From an uncultured virus (IMG/VR IMGVR_UViG_3300023174_008090) (lineage: Duplodnaviria; Heunggongvirae; Uroviricota; Caudoviricetes), in IMG/VR virus record IMGVR_UViG_3300023174_008090: 64,000 nucleotides of DNA. One strand, written 5' to 3'. A model generated the notes under the pieces. It worked only from the letters and a program-made list of their open reading frames with translations. It ran no database searches and was not told the DNA's origin. Shown here one piece after another: positions 47,017 to 57,600 of the stretch; position 1 is the stretch's first letter, and every line of letters begins with the position of its first letter. The position numbers and the translations under genes were made by a program.

Positions 47017-47041
47017 AGGTATTTGTACAATATCTTTCGAA
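47017..47041 (+). promoter_or_regulatory. Candidate late promoter AGGT-N16-TCGAA
   Basis: AGG 47017-47019, 17-nt spacer, TCGAA 47037-47041, upstream of AAGGAG and ATG 47064. Confidence 0.4.
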
Positions 47042-47063
47042 TCATAATTAAAGGAGTACTCAT

Positions 47064-47240
47064 ATGAGTTCAGAAATTACAGACGCTGGAACTACCCACC
47101 ATATGTATTGTGTAAAGTGCAGAACAATGGTCATGGTATCAGCTCCAAAGAAAATTGTAATGAAGAGCAGTAGACATGCATTACAAGGCAAATGTCCACA
47201 TTGTTCTACATCAACATTTAAAATTACAAAAGCAGAGTAA
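47064..47240 (+). CDS. DUF5679-like small zinc-binding protein (58 aa, not in ORF track)
   Basis: AAAGGAG SD; MSSEITDAGTTHHMYCVKCRTMVMVSAPKKIVMKSSRHALQGKCPHCSTSTFKITKAE; YCVKC..GKCPHC.T..F pattern. Confidence 0.8.
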   Translation: MSSEITDAGTTHHMYCVKCRTMVMVSAPKKIVMKSSRHALQGKCPHCSTSTFKITKAE

Positions 47241-47242
47241 AT

Positions 47243-49975
47243 ATGGAAATCATTTTCGACGATAGCTTCAGATTCCTATCAAACTTTCAAAAGCAAGAGG
47301 ACGAAATTCCCACTAGAATTTCGTCCTTGGGTGCCGTAATTACAGAAAGAAATATTAGAATTGCTTCTGTTTCTAAAGAAGCTCAAGATGAATTCAACAA
47401 ATGGAAAGCTGCTCGTCCGAAAGATAGAATTGACATATTAAAAAGATTTTTAAATAATGATGATTTTACTGACGCTGAGAAAGAATGGTTTCAAAATAGA
47501 ATTACAGCTTCAGGTTCTTCAACTTCTACTGGTGGCTTGGGAGCTGACAGTGGAGATGGTCAGGGTCAAGCAATTAGTGAATCTGATATAGTAGGTGAAG
47601 CTGGAGCAGATGTTGCCACTGTCTTAAAAGTTAGAGAAACTGTTATAGAAAGATTGAGAGCCAGTGGTTTATCAGATTCTGAAATAAATAATATTTTAGT
47701 TTTATTTTTAGAAAAAGCTCTTATACCTTTGTCTCAAGCTGTAAAAATTTTAGACAGCTTAATTCAAGATTCCATAAGGGCTAGAGTTGACCCAGTTGAT
47801 TTAATTGAGTTTTATGCTTATCATTATATTGATAAACGAAATTCTAGCTCTACAAGATTCATTATTGATCAAGCAGTCAAATTACAAGAATTAAACCCAT
47901 CTTTAAATATTTTCAATATTCTTAAAAATGCTGCTATTGGAAATCAAGCAGAAGTAGGAAAAGTAATATTAATTAAAGATCCTGATGCTAGATTAGTGGT
48001 AAATAATCTTATAGCCTTGTCTCAATCTAATTTGCCAACACAAGAAGAAGCAGTTGTAAGAAATTTTCAGCTTAGTAGAGATGCTTTACTTAGTTATCAA
48101 GAAAAATTAAGAGTTCAAAAAGCATTATTTGACATGATGAAAACTGAAGAAATGAATAGAAATCTAACTTCATTCATAGCTGACACAAGTGCTATATTTA
48201 AAATGTTATTAACTACACCACTTTTTAGAGCACTTAGAGACACTTATTATGATTTGCAAGCGTCCAAAATTCTGCTTAATACTTACTCTTCATTAATTCA
48301 TGACACCCAACCACTTACTCCGAATGTTACTCCTAGAGAAGAAGAAGTAAATCCAGGAGGAAATCCATATCCTTATCCAAATAATCCTCAAAGGATTGGG
48401 TCAAGATTTGTACCTCTAAAAAAAAATAATTTAGTTATTGCTCAATCACAACTTCCTCAAGTTGGCACTGGTGCACCATCAATTTTTGGACCAACAACAA
48501 CTGGTTCTCCAACTAATTTAACAACTACTACTAGCCCTATTACTGGTCAACAGAGTTTAACAGGAGTGCAAGATCCAAAAGGCACAGGTTCATTAGGATA
48601 TGAATCAAAACCTGACCCAATTGTTGCAACAAATTTTATGAGAGAAGTGCAAGCAAAACTTAATGAAGCTTTTGCAAATGTTGCTCAAATATTCAAAGAT
48701 ATTCTTAAATTTATTATCAAGGGTGTTGAAGAAATTATTGAAAGTATCAAGAGTAGTGTCACAAATATCTTTCAAGTCATTACTGAAGTTTTTGTCAAAA
48801 TAACAAAAGAAATAACAGAGTTTTTTACAAAAAATTGGAATAATATTATTAATTTTTTCAAAAAATCTGTGTCTGGTAGTAGTAGTGGAGATGTAATTAC
48901 TACTATGAATTCAGCAAAAGAAAAATTCGTAAAATTAGCGCAAAGTCAACCACAAACTTCAAGAGGTGGATTTGGCAAACAAAAATGGGGTAGTGCTATC
49001 TCAGCAGCCGTTTTATTATTGGTAGGTGCTTTGGGATATAAGCCTATGTTGCAAGCTATAAATGCATTGAAAAGTCTTAATAATGTTGCTGAAATTATAA
49101 ATTTAGTATTACCTACTGTGCTCGGTATCAAGGATGTTATTATAGAATTTGTTTACGAATGGAATCCTAATGCTGGCAATTTAGCTCCAAATAGTTCTCA
49201 ATATTATGACAGATTTGGACGCCTTACTAGTGAAGGAAGAAGACGTTTATATAATAATCAGCAAACAAGAATTTCTCTCGGTATCACTGGAAGAGAAGAA
49301 ATGGCATTGGCTAGAGCTGAAAAGCAAAGATCAGAGAATATGGCTACTGTGAAAACACAGTTAGACATTCTTCAAAGAGCAATGGATCAATCTGTTTATT
49401 TGGGTGGCAAAACTGATGTTGCTCCAGCCAATATACCAAGTGACCTTAAAGATAAAATTAATATATTCTTGAAATTTTGTAAAAGTGTTCAAGATGCCAA
49501 CCAAGCTGAATATCTTATATTGAAAAAAGCTATTGATCGTGTAAGTTCTAAATTTGATCCTATGCAAAAGATTCAAGCTCAGAATCTATTGTCTAATATT
49601 CGTAACGATATATCTTCCCTTCAAGGTACAATTGCAGAATATTCAAGTTCAGCAATAGTTTTGGATCATATTCAAAGAAAAAGAAAATTACAAATGACTC
49701 TTGGTCCAACATTAAAAAGAATGCAAGCTTTAGAGAGTCTGGGTATTTCTAAAGCAGCCTTAATCACAGGCAAAAATGGAGTTCTTGCTCAACTATCAAG
49801 AATCAGACATGAAGAAGCTTCAGCTTTACAAAAATTAAGAGTTGAATATAGAGAAAAAATTCAATTGCTAGACAATCCTGATTTAGCACAAAAAGAATTT
49901 GCATTCCCTGTAGACACAAAAGCTACAAAATTACCATTACCTCCATTGCCTCCTACGGCTCCTACGAGTGCATAA
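47243..49975 (+). CDS. Large helical virion-associated protein (910 aa) with amphipathic and hydrophobic segments
   Basis: Amphipathic stretch FKDILKFII..FFTKNWNNIINFFK; hydrophobic WGSAISAAVLLLVGALG; P/T-rich linkers. Confidence 0.5.
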   Translation: MEIIFDDSFRFLSNFQKQEDEIPTRISSLGAVITERNIRIASVSKEAQDEFNKWKAARPKDRIDILKRFLNNDDFTDAEKEWFQNRITASGSSTSTGGLGADSGDGQGQAISESDIVGEAGADVATVLKVRETVIERLRASGLSDSEINNILVLFLEKALIPLSQAVKILDSLIQDSIRARVDPVDLIEFYAYHYIDKRNSSSTRFIIDQAVKLQELNPSLNIFNILKNAAIGNQAEVGKVILIKDPDARLVVNNLIALSQSNLPTQEEAVVRNFQLSRDALLSYQEKLRVQKALFDMMKTEEMNRNLTSFIADTSAIFKMLLTTPLFRALRDTYYDLQASKILLNTYSSLIHDTQPLTPNVTPREEEVNPGGNPYPYPNNPQRIGSRFVPLKKNNLVIAQSQLPQVGTGAPSIFGPTTTGSPTNLTTTTSPITGQQSLTGVQDPKGTGSLGYESKPDPIVATNFMREVQAKLNEAFANVAQIFKDILKFIIKGVEEIIESIKSSVTNIFQVITEVFVKITKEITEFFTKNWNNIINFFKKSVSGSSSGDVITTMNSAKEKFVKLAQSQPQTSRGGFGKQKWGSAISAAVLLLVGALGYKPMLQAINALKSLNNVAEIINLVLPTVLGIKDVIIEFVYEWNPNAGNLAPNSSQYYDRFGRLTSEGRRRLYNNQQTRISLGITGREEMALARAEKQRSENMATVKTQLDILQRAMDQSVYLGGKTDVAPANIPSDLKDKINIFLKFCKSVQDANQAEYLILKKAIDRVSSKFDPMQKIQAQNLLSNIRNDISSLQGTIAEYSSSAIVLDHIQRKRKLQMTLGPTLKRMQALESLGISKAALITGKNGVLAQLSRIRHEEASALQKLRVEYREKIQLLDNPDLAQKEFAFPVDTKATKLPLPPLPPTAPTSA

Positions 49976-49977
49976 AA

Positions 49978-50628
49978 ATGTTTACTAAAATATCTCAAGC
50001 TTTATATAATCCATCATTTGTCAAACATAACTCTGACCTTCAAGAAACTGACAAGATAGAGAAAGAACTTTCTAAAATTGATTTGATGTATCCTACTGAT
50101 GCAGAATTAAAAAGAAATAAGGTTAAGTTTGAGGGAATAACTATGCCTGTCAGTGATTTTGTTAAAAAATTAACTGACGCATATGACAAAATTGGTGACA
50201 AAGAAGTTCGTCAGATGTACGATTCAACTATTTTTGATGGAATCGACTATCTTCATGCTGACCCAGAAATAGCTCAACAACAACTTCAAAAAGACTTAGC
50301 ATCTCTTGAAAGACAAATTGTAGAAAGAGAAAATAATTTGATAGATATAGATGCATATGTAATGCAACTTGTCACTGGAAAAGAGGGTGCATCTTTAAGT
50401 TTGCAACATACCTACGCCAAATTTGTCAAAACAGCTGAAGATGAATTAGTCAAAGAAGCTGATGAAGAAATAGAAAATTATTACAATGAACTTTATGATG
50501 ATTCTGAAGGTAGTCCAAATTTCGGTACTGCTTTAGAACATCCTGAAAAAAATCGTAATAAGCTTACTGAAGACATTCAAAAACATGCTAATTCAGAGAC
50601 ACCACAACAAAAGTTTAAAAAGAAATAA
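49978..50628 (+). CDS. Hypothetical acidic coiled-coil protein
   Basis: 216 aa, coupled to the upstream gene; FTKISQ, FVKTAE, LVKEAD motifs. Confidence 0.55.
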   Translation: MFTKISQALYNPSFVKHNSDLQETDKIEKELSKIDLMYPTDAELKRNKVKFEGITMPVSDFVKKLTDAYDKIGDKEVRQMYDSTIFDGIDYLHADPEIAQQQLQKDLASLERQIVERENNLIDIDAYVMQLVTGKEGASLSLQHTYAKFVKTAEDELVKEADEEIENYYNELYDDSEGSPNFGTALEHPEKNRNKLTEDIQKHANSETPQQKFKKK

Positions 50629-50647
50629 TCTTCTTTACAATTAATTT

Positions 50648-53600
50648 ATGTCAGATATTGATTTTATCGAATATGATAAAATTTCAATTCAGTCAGATGC
50701 TTTCGTTTCATCTGCAGAATTAAATTGTTATTTCCAGTATTTACCAACTACTAAAGCAATTTCTTACAATATAAAGAAAGAATTGCACACTGCTGGCACG
50801 ACTGAAGATCCTGATGATTACACAATACCGGACGTATCAAACAAAATACTTCCTCGTAAAATTTTCAGAATAAATCCTTTTCATACAAATTATTCTGAAA
50901 AATTAGAATTAATAAAAACTAACACAGATCCAGACATCTTATTTCCTACCCCAGTAAAAGAAGTAAAAGTAAAGGAAATAGATTATAGCACTTTAGGCTT
51001 GAATCAAGATCAAATTGAATTCATGCAAGCTCTACAGAATCTCAAGTCTTTAAAAGTCGATGATGACGTAAAAAAGCTAGATATTGATCAATTTGAGATA
51101 GTAGAAGAAAAAGCTATGAATGGCTTTTTCCAATTATATCCTAGATACATGGAAGTATTATCTTCTGGAGTTCCTACTGGATATAGTCAATTTTATGAAG
51201 ATTCTGAAACAGCACAAAATTTTGCAGAGAATGAATCCTTATTGAATGATAGTTTGAAGAAACTTGGTCTTGATCCAAACGAAGTAAAAGTAAAAAAAAA
51301 ATTTGAAGTAAGGTCGGGAAATGCTAAAAAAGAGCAAGTCAATGCATATCTTCAAGACATTTCTTTGTCAAATAATACTTCTAACAATACAAGATCAATT
51401 AACAATAATTCAGTTACAAATGTAAATCAATTAAATTTACAAAACAATAATAAAATAGAATTACAAGTTCGTTCTTCTCGGACAGTAAATAATATCAGTA
51501 ATTCTTCTAATACTGATTTCAATTTTATTAATAATACAAATAAAACTGTAACTGAGCTTGTAACTAATGTAAGCAAGTTTTCTGAGGCTACTAAGATAGA
51601 TTTTGATAATTTGTATAAGGCCTTTTTAAAAGACTTAAATATTGCCCCCAATGTTGAAAATCAATTCTTTAAGATAGTAAATCAGCATAGCAAAAACTTA
51701 AGTATTGAGTTTAATAGAATACTTAATCATTCTGAAAAAACTGTTTATGAGACCAATCTCAAAAACTTGTCCACTTCTTATAATTTCTATAGACACATTG
51801 AAAACAGATATAGAGAATTCATACAAAACTTAAATTTCTTCAATGAAACAGTTCAACAAATAAAGCAAACTGAAATTAATTTGAAAAATACTTATCAGAA
51901 CATTCATAGGCACAGTGTTACTCATAAGAACAATCATTACAAGAGCATTATCAATCTAACCAAAAATGTAAACTATGAATATACTGCCAACGATTATGAG
52001 TTTCAATATGCAGTTCTCAAGACAATCAAAAATAGCAATCAGTTTGTTGAAAATAAAATTACAAAAATTAAAAATGATCTTAATGTAGCTCATCAGAATA
52101 TTTCGTTTGTTCATCATAGAATGGTTCATATTCAAGAAAAAACAAGCAATTTTGTGGCTAAAGAAATAAAGAATGTCTTGAATAATACTGACTATATTGA
52201 CGATTATTCAAATATAATTATCAACAAAATAAGCAATATTTCTAACAATCAAACTGTAAGAGCTTTGTTGTCTCTGGTTACTAATGAAGAACAATTAAAC
52301 AATATCTATACTGTTTTGCGACAGAGCAATATAAATACATCTAATATCAAGAATTTAGTTGATGTAGTAAATTATTCTAAGAATAATAATTTTGAAATAA
52401 CCAAAGTTTCTAGTACCACTGTCGAAAATATTAAAAACTTAATTAGTCTTTCTAAAAATGTTGTTGATTTTAATAACACTGAAAATAAGATAATTCAAAG
52501 TGTAGATAAAAATATTGTTAATAAATTGTCTTCTATCAATGTTGAAGAATTTAAATCTTTTGTCAATCTGTCTGAATTAAAATCTTTTTCAAGGATTGCG
52601 CAAAGTTACAAAAATATTTCAAATGTAATCGAAAACTTAAATACAGTATCTATAAATCCAAAATTATCTACAATTCAAATAGATCAGAAAAATGTAGAAA
52701 ATTTAAATATTTTCAAGAATTTACAGAACATATCACAAATTTCTCAAACATTAAATCAATCTAATGTTGGTTTTGTCGTAGAAAAACTTTCAAACTTCAA
52801 CACAGAAAATATTACAGAAAAAAATAATTTACTTAAAAACATCAATATAACACAGGATGTCAAGAAAACTGAAAGTATTGTTAGAAAAATTACGAGACTT
52901 GCAAGATATAACAATATAAATCAGATCACAGAAAATATTGATGAAATAAGCAATTTACAAAACAATGTTAATACAGCGGAGTTCAAAACAGAAATCCAGA
53001 ACTTGAAAAATCTTATCAATATTTCTAAAAATGTAAATGTATCTAATGTTGAAAATTTAAAAGTATCCCAGTTAAATCTTGTTTCTGAAAATATTGAAAA
53101 GTTGAGCAAAATAAGTCAGATAAATAATTTGACACAAGAACAAATAAATGTTGTCAAGCAGATTAGTGAGATAAAGAATGTCACTGAGCAAATAAATGCC
53201 GTCAATAAGATAGATGAAATAAAGAATATAACCGAAGAAAAGATAAATCAATTAAATAAGATAATCAATCTCACAAACAAGAATGATATATCCAATATTA
53301 AGCTGTCTAGTATCAATCAAATAACAGAAGTTGTTCAGAAAATTTCTAATATTAAAAATAAAGATTTACTCAATGTTGTAAATATATCAAAGACTGTTCA
53401 AGAAAGAAAAATCTATAATAGGATATCAAATCTTGTTAAAAATGTTGAAGTGCTGGATACCGTTAATGTTAGTCAAGAAACTGCTCAGAATATTTCTAAG
53501 ATTTCTAATAATAACAATATCAATCAAATTACTAAAGATTTAAATTTGATTTCCCAAAACTATCAGGAATTCAAAACAAGTATCCAGCAAATAAATAAGA

Positions 53601-54667
53601 TTGCTCAGGTAAGAAATGTCGAACAAATAGTAAAGAATTTGAATTATGTAAACAATGTAATTCAAGAAAACAATATTGTAAATCGTACAAGCAAGATTGA
53701 TCAAAAAGAATTTATCACTGCCATTAATTTGAGTAAAAATTACATTCAATCTTTCAATAGATTTGAAAGCAAGATTAGCAATATTTCTCAAAGGCAAAAG
53801 ATCAGAGAAACCTTACAAGACATCAACATTGTAAATAATGAAGTTAATAATTCGACTGTACAGATTACAAACAAAACACAAAAAGTTCAATTGCAAGAAT
53901 TTGTTCAAAACTTAAATTTACTTGAAACTGAAAAGAATACAACAATCCTAAATCGTTATAGTTTTGAAAGTAATAAAAAGAATATTTCTAATTTATTTAC
54001 AGAGCTAAATCTTACACAAAAGATCAAACAAGAAAAGCGAACTGAAAGAGAATTTGCCCGTATTTCAAAACGATTAGATAGGATGAATAAAGAAACAATC
54101 AAGGTCCAAGGTAATTCATATAAGGTTGAGCAGAATTTCTTTGACATGATGAATTTCTATAATGAGCAAAAAGTAAGCAAAACAAGCAAAGATAGAAAAG
54201 TAAATAATTTCTTTCAATTATTGGATGTGTTAAATGTTCAAAAGACGACAAATGAAAGAAAAGTTACACAAAAAATTCAGAAGATTGAGCAAGTCCAAAA
54301 TCGAATTGTAACTAATGCTTCTCAAATAAAAATTGATGTTTACAATGAAAAGAAAGATAATTATTACAAGGTAGATAATCGTCAAACATTCACTACAAAT
54401 AATTATCATCAAGAGAAAGAAGAGCAGAAAAAGACTGAAAAGATAGTTGAAAACAAAGTAGAAGAGTTGCTTGTCAAGAAAATTGAAAATGTAACAAATA
54501 ATTTGGTGACTAATGTAATCACTAAAAATGAATTCAATTCCATCAAAAAAGAAATAATCCAAGAAATCTACAACATAGAAATGAAGACAGAAGAGCGCAT
54601 CAAAGAGATTCGTAAGGAAACCCAGCAGACTGTACAAACTATGTTAGAAAGATTCTTAAGAAGTTAA
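50648..54667 (+). CDS. Asn/Ile/Lys/Gln-rich low-complexity protein (1339 aa)
   Basis: Long quasi-repetitive N/I/K/Q/S region almost free of G, P, W and C; C-terminal coiled coil; ATG 6 nt after TACAAT. Confidence 0.65.
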   Translation: MSDIDFIEYDKISIQSDAFVSSAELNCYFQYLPTTKAISYNIKKELHTAGTTEDPDDYTIPDVSNKILPRKIFRINPFHTNYSEKLELIKTNTDPDILFPTPVKEVKVKEIDYSTLGLNQDQIEFMQALQNLKSLKVDDDVKKLDIDQFEIVEEKAMNGFFQLYPRYMEVLSSGVPTGYSQFYEDSETAQNFAENESLLNDSLKKLGLDPNEVKVKKKFEVRSGNAKKEQVNAYLQDISLSNNTSNNTRSINNNSVTNVNQLNLQNNNKIELQVRSSRTVNNISNSSNTDFNFINNTNKTVTELVTNVSKFSEATKIDFDNLYKAFLKDLNIAPNVENQFFKIVNQHSKNLSIEFNRILNHSEKTVYETNLKNLSTSYNFYRHIENRYREFIQNLNFFNETVQQIKQTEINLKNTYQNIHRHSVTHKNNHYKSIINLTKNVNYEYTANDYEFQYAVLKTIKNSNQFVENKITKIKNDLNVAHQNISFVHHRMVHIQEKTSNFVAKEIKNVLNNTDYIDDYSNIIINKISNISNNQTVRALLSLVTNEEQLNNIYTVLRQSNINTSNIKNLVDVVNYSKNNNFEITKVSSTTVENIKNLISLSKNVVDFNNTENKIIQSVDKNIVNKLSSINVEEFKSFVNLSELKSFSRIAQSYKNISNVIENLNTVSINPKLSTIQIDQKNVENLNIFKNLQNISQISQTLNQSNVGFVVEKLSNFNTENITEKNNLLKNINITQDVKKTESIVRKITRLARYNNINQITENIDEISNLQNNVNTAEFKTEIQNLKNLINISKNVNVSNVENLKVSQLNLVSENIEKLSKISQINNLTQEQINVVKQISEIKNVTEQINAVNKIDEIKNITEEKINQLNKIINLTNKNDISNIKLSSINQITEVVQKISNIKNKDLLNVVNISKTVQERKIYNRISNLVKNVEVLDTVNVSQETAQNISKISNNNNINQITKDLNLISQNYQEFKTSIQQINKIAQVRNVEQIVKNLNYVNNVIQENNIVNRTSKIDQKEFITAINLSKNYIQSFNRFESKISNISQRQKIRETLQDINIVNNEVNNSTVQITNKTQKVQLQEFVQNLNLLETEKNTTILNRYSFESNKKNISNLFTELNLTQKIKQEKRTEREFARISKRLDRMNKETIKVQGNSYKVEQNFFDMMNFYNEQKVSKTSKDRKVNNFFQLLDVLNVQKTTNERKVTQKIQKIEQVQNRIVTNASQIKIDVYNEKKDNYYKVDNRQTFTTNNYHQEKEEQKKTEKIVENKVEELLVKKIENVTNNLVTNVITKNEFNSIKKEIIQEIYNIEMKTEERIKEIRKETQQTVQTMLERFLRS

Positions 54668-54669
54668 AA

Positions 54670-57600
54670 ATGTCCACTTATAAAACAGATAGAGATAGAA
54701 ATTATGGAATTTTAGGCAAATTCAAATTTAGCTATACTGTTACTCTTGTAAGTTATCAAGGACAATATGTTGGTATCAGATTTGATTCTGCACAGGTTAA
54801 TAGTGGAGCGTACATTAAATTTAACAATGAATCTAATACTTTTGTAGCTGAATTATCTATAGGAACAAGACTTCCTGGAGAACTAGATGAATTTGGTCAA
54901 GGAGCTGGTGCTAACTGGTTCGATGGCGATGGAGTAACTTCACCTAATTTCAGTCTTATTAACTTAGGTCCAAAAATTCCATTATTTTACAGAATAAAAG
55001 CTGGCGCAGTGCCTTTGTCAGGCATATTTATACTGGATGTTCAACCAGAACTTGATAAAATTAAGGATGGTTATTTGGGCAAGCCAAGAAATTTATATTA
55101 CAGACATGTAAGTGGAACAGTAGAAGGCTATGTTTACAACGGCAATCCACTATCAGAATATGTTGAAATTTCTGAACATTACCCATTAAGAGAAACTCTT
55201 GTCCCATCTAATTGCGATGCTGATAATCAAGTTTGGGTTGCTGAAGAATTAACTGAAAAAACAGTTAGAGAATGGCCGAAATATACAACTTTAAATTGGT
55301 TTGAATCCATAAATCCAAATTTGAAATCTAGATGTGGAATTTTTGTTACACACACTAATTCAAAAGGACAAACAAGTACGCATAGTAGATTTACTGATTA
55401 TTCGGCTGATGGTTTTTTTACGATTTCGTATAAGTTGGTAAAAACTGCTCTTGCTTGGCAAACTCGAGAATTTAATTCCGGTCCCTCATTCCCAACAAGT
55501 GGGTACATAAGAATTGGAGGTAATGTTGATTTTGGTGAATATAAAATCAAACCATTGATTACTCCAAATGGTGTAGTTACAGAAGACACTTGGGAATTAC
55601 GTTCTGATGCAACTTGGGCTAGTAAAGCAAGAATTGAACTAGTGCAAGAACCAGCCAGAAAAGTAACATTTGATTCACAAATTTTCCACTGGGACAAACC
55701 TTATAGTGAATATTTAAAAGGTTATATTGTTGGTTTTGGAAGCACAGGTCTTATAGAAAAAAAGAATTTTGCATGTAACGATAAAGATGTTGTTGTCCCA
55801 ACTTTTCAAACTGTTGAAACTAGAAGTGGTAAAATTTCTGGATCACAAAATTATGTTTTTTATCAAGTCAGAAGCACTTTTATAATTTCATCAAATCTGT
55901 CAGGAGAATTTATTAGAAAATATGCTCCAAACGTAGTATTTGATAATCAGCAAAAATGGATTTTTGGGGTTATTGATAGAAGAACTGCACCAGAAGAATT
56001 TGATACATTATTAAGTCCTACTAAATTTATGGACTATCCAGAAAAGTGGGTAAGACTTTCTTGTGGATGCGTAGACATAAATGAAGAATCAAGATTTAAA
56101 ACCTTAGATTTTGATGAGGATTTTTTCGGTTGTGCTCCAATTCCGTTATTGGGTTGGAAATTTAATGCAATGACTCTTATTCAAGACAAAGAATATGTTT
56201 TGTCTTCTAATGGGTCCACAGCTGGATTTGGTTATACTAATTCACAAAGTTTTATGGGTTCTAAAGCTAATCCATATTATTATGGAAGTGAAAACTTATC
56301 TGGTTATAGATATTTACAATTCGATGCAAAATCAAAAAACAAAGATGCGCAAAAATCAACTTTTACAATTAGTGAAATTTCTAAAGGATTTACAATATCA
56401 GACAATAATCAAAATCTAGATAAAAAATCTTGGGATATCTCAATCAAGGATCCATCATTAACAAATACATTTGTGATAGATCTTTGCAACCCTAATAATA
56501 AAATTGATTATGTTGACAATCAGGATTCTCCATATCCAAGGCTAAACACTTACACAACTTCAAAGCCACAGAACACTGATCCACTTGGTTTATTGTCAGT
56601 TGAAAATAAACCTAAAGATGATTTTTTAATTACAAAACCTATTTCCGGAAATGCTACTTCAAATTGGATAAATGACAAAATAAAAAAGAAAATCAAGTCT
56701 GCTGGAATCATTTATTTGTCTGATGATGTTTCCAAAAATATTGATTATTTTGATGTTGATGTAGCTGCTTTTCCTAAGGCAGGCGTTGGAACAAATATAA
56801 TTTTTGGAAGACCAAGAGTTTTTAATGGAAAAATAAAATTATCAAATAATTTCAATTCTTTTGGGCATTATATAGAGGACATAAATGGTAATATTGAAAT
56901 TACAGACCCAGATTATTTTAAACAATTAGAAGTCTATATTGTAAAAAATGATTTGACTTTAAATAAAACTATTGATGATATTTTACTCAAAGATAAAGAT
57001 GGGAAATATCCAGAAGAATTTGAAATATATGATTACGAACCAGGTTTCCCAGATGAAACTGATGTTATAGGAAAAACTAGTTTAGACTTTATCGATGGTT
57101 CTCAATATATTTTTGTTGATCCAATTTCATTTTTTGATAAGAATACATATTTTCCATACGACGCAGTTATCATAGAAGATACAAAAAAGAGAAAAGTTTA
57201 CGAATTAGTAGAATATAATAAAACAAATCCTGATACAGCTTATATATCCATCAAGGCTCCAGCTAGTTTCGATATCAATATTATTTTTAAGTCTAAATCA
57301 TCAATAAAACTTGGCTTTTTAGATGGAAAAACTGATGATAGATTATATTCTATAATACTCAAGTTTGATAAAGTTCAAAAAATTTCAAACAATAATTATC
57401 TACTACATATAGAATATTCCAAATTAGATAAAAATTCTTTGCCAAATTATGATGGTATACCGCCAAAGATTAATGGTGAAAACTCATTTTTCTTTGCTAA
57501 TGCTCCAATTGTATCTGTAAATCCTCCAAGATTATTAGAATTTAATTTTCCAAAAGATACTATACTTTTCACTAAAATAATACCCACTATTGTGAGTGAA

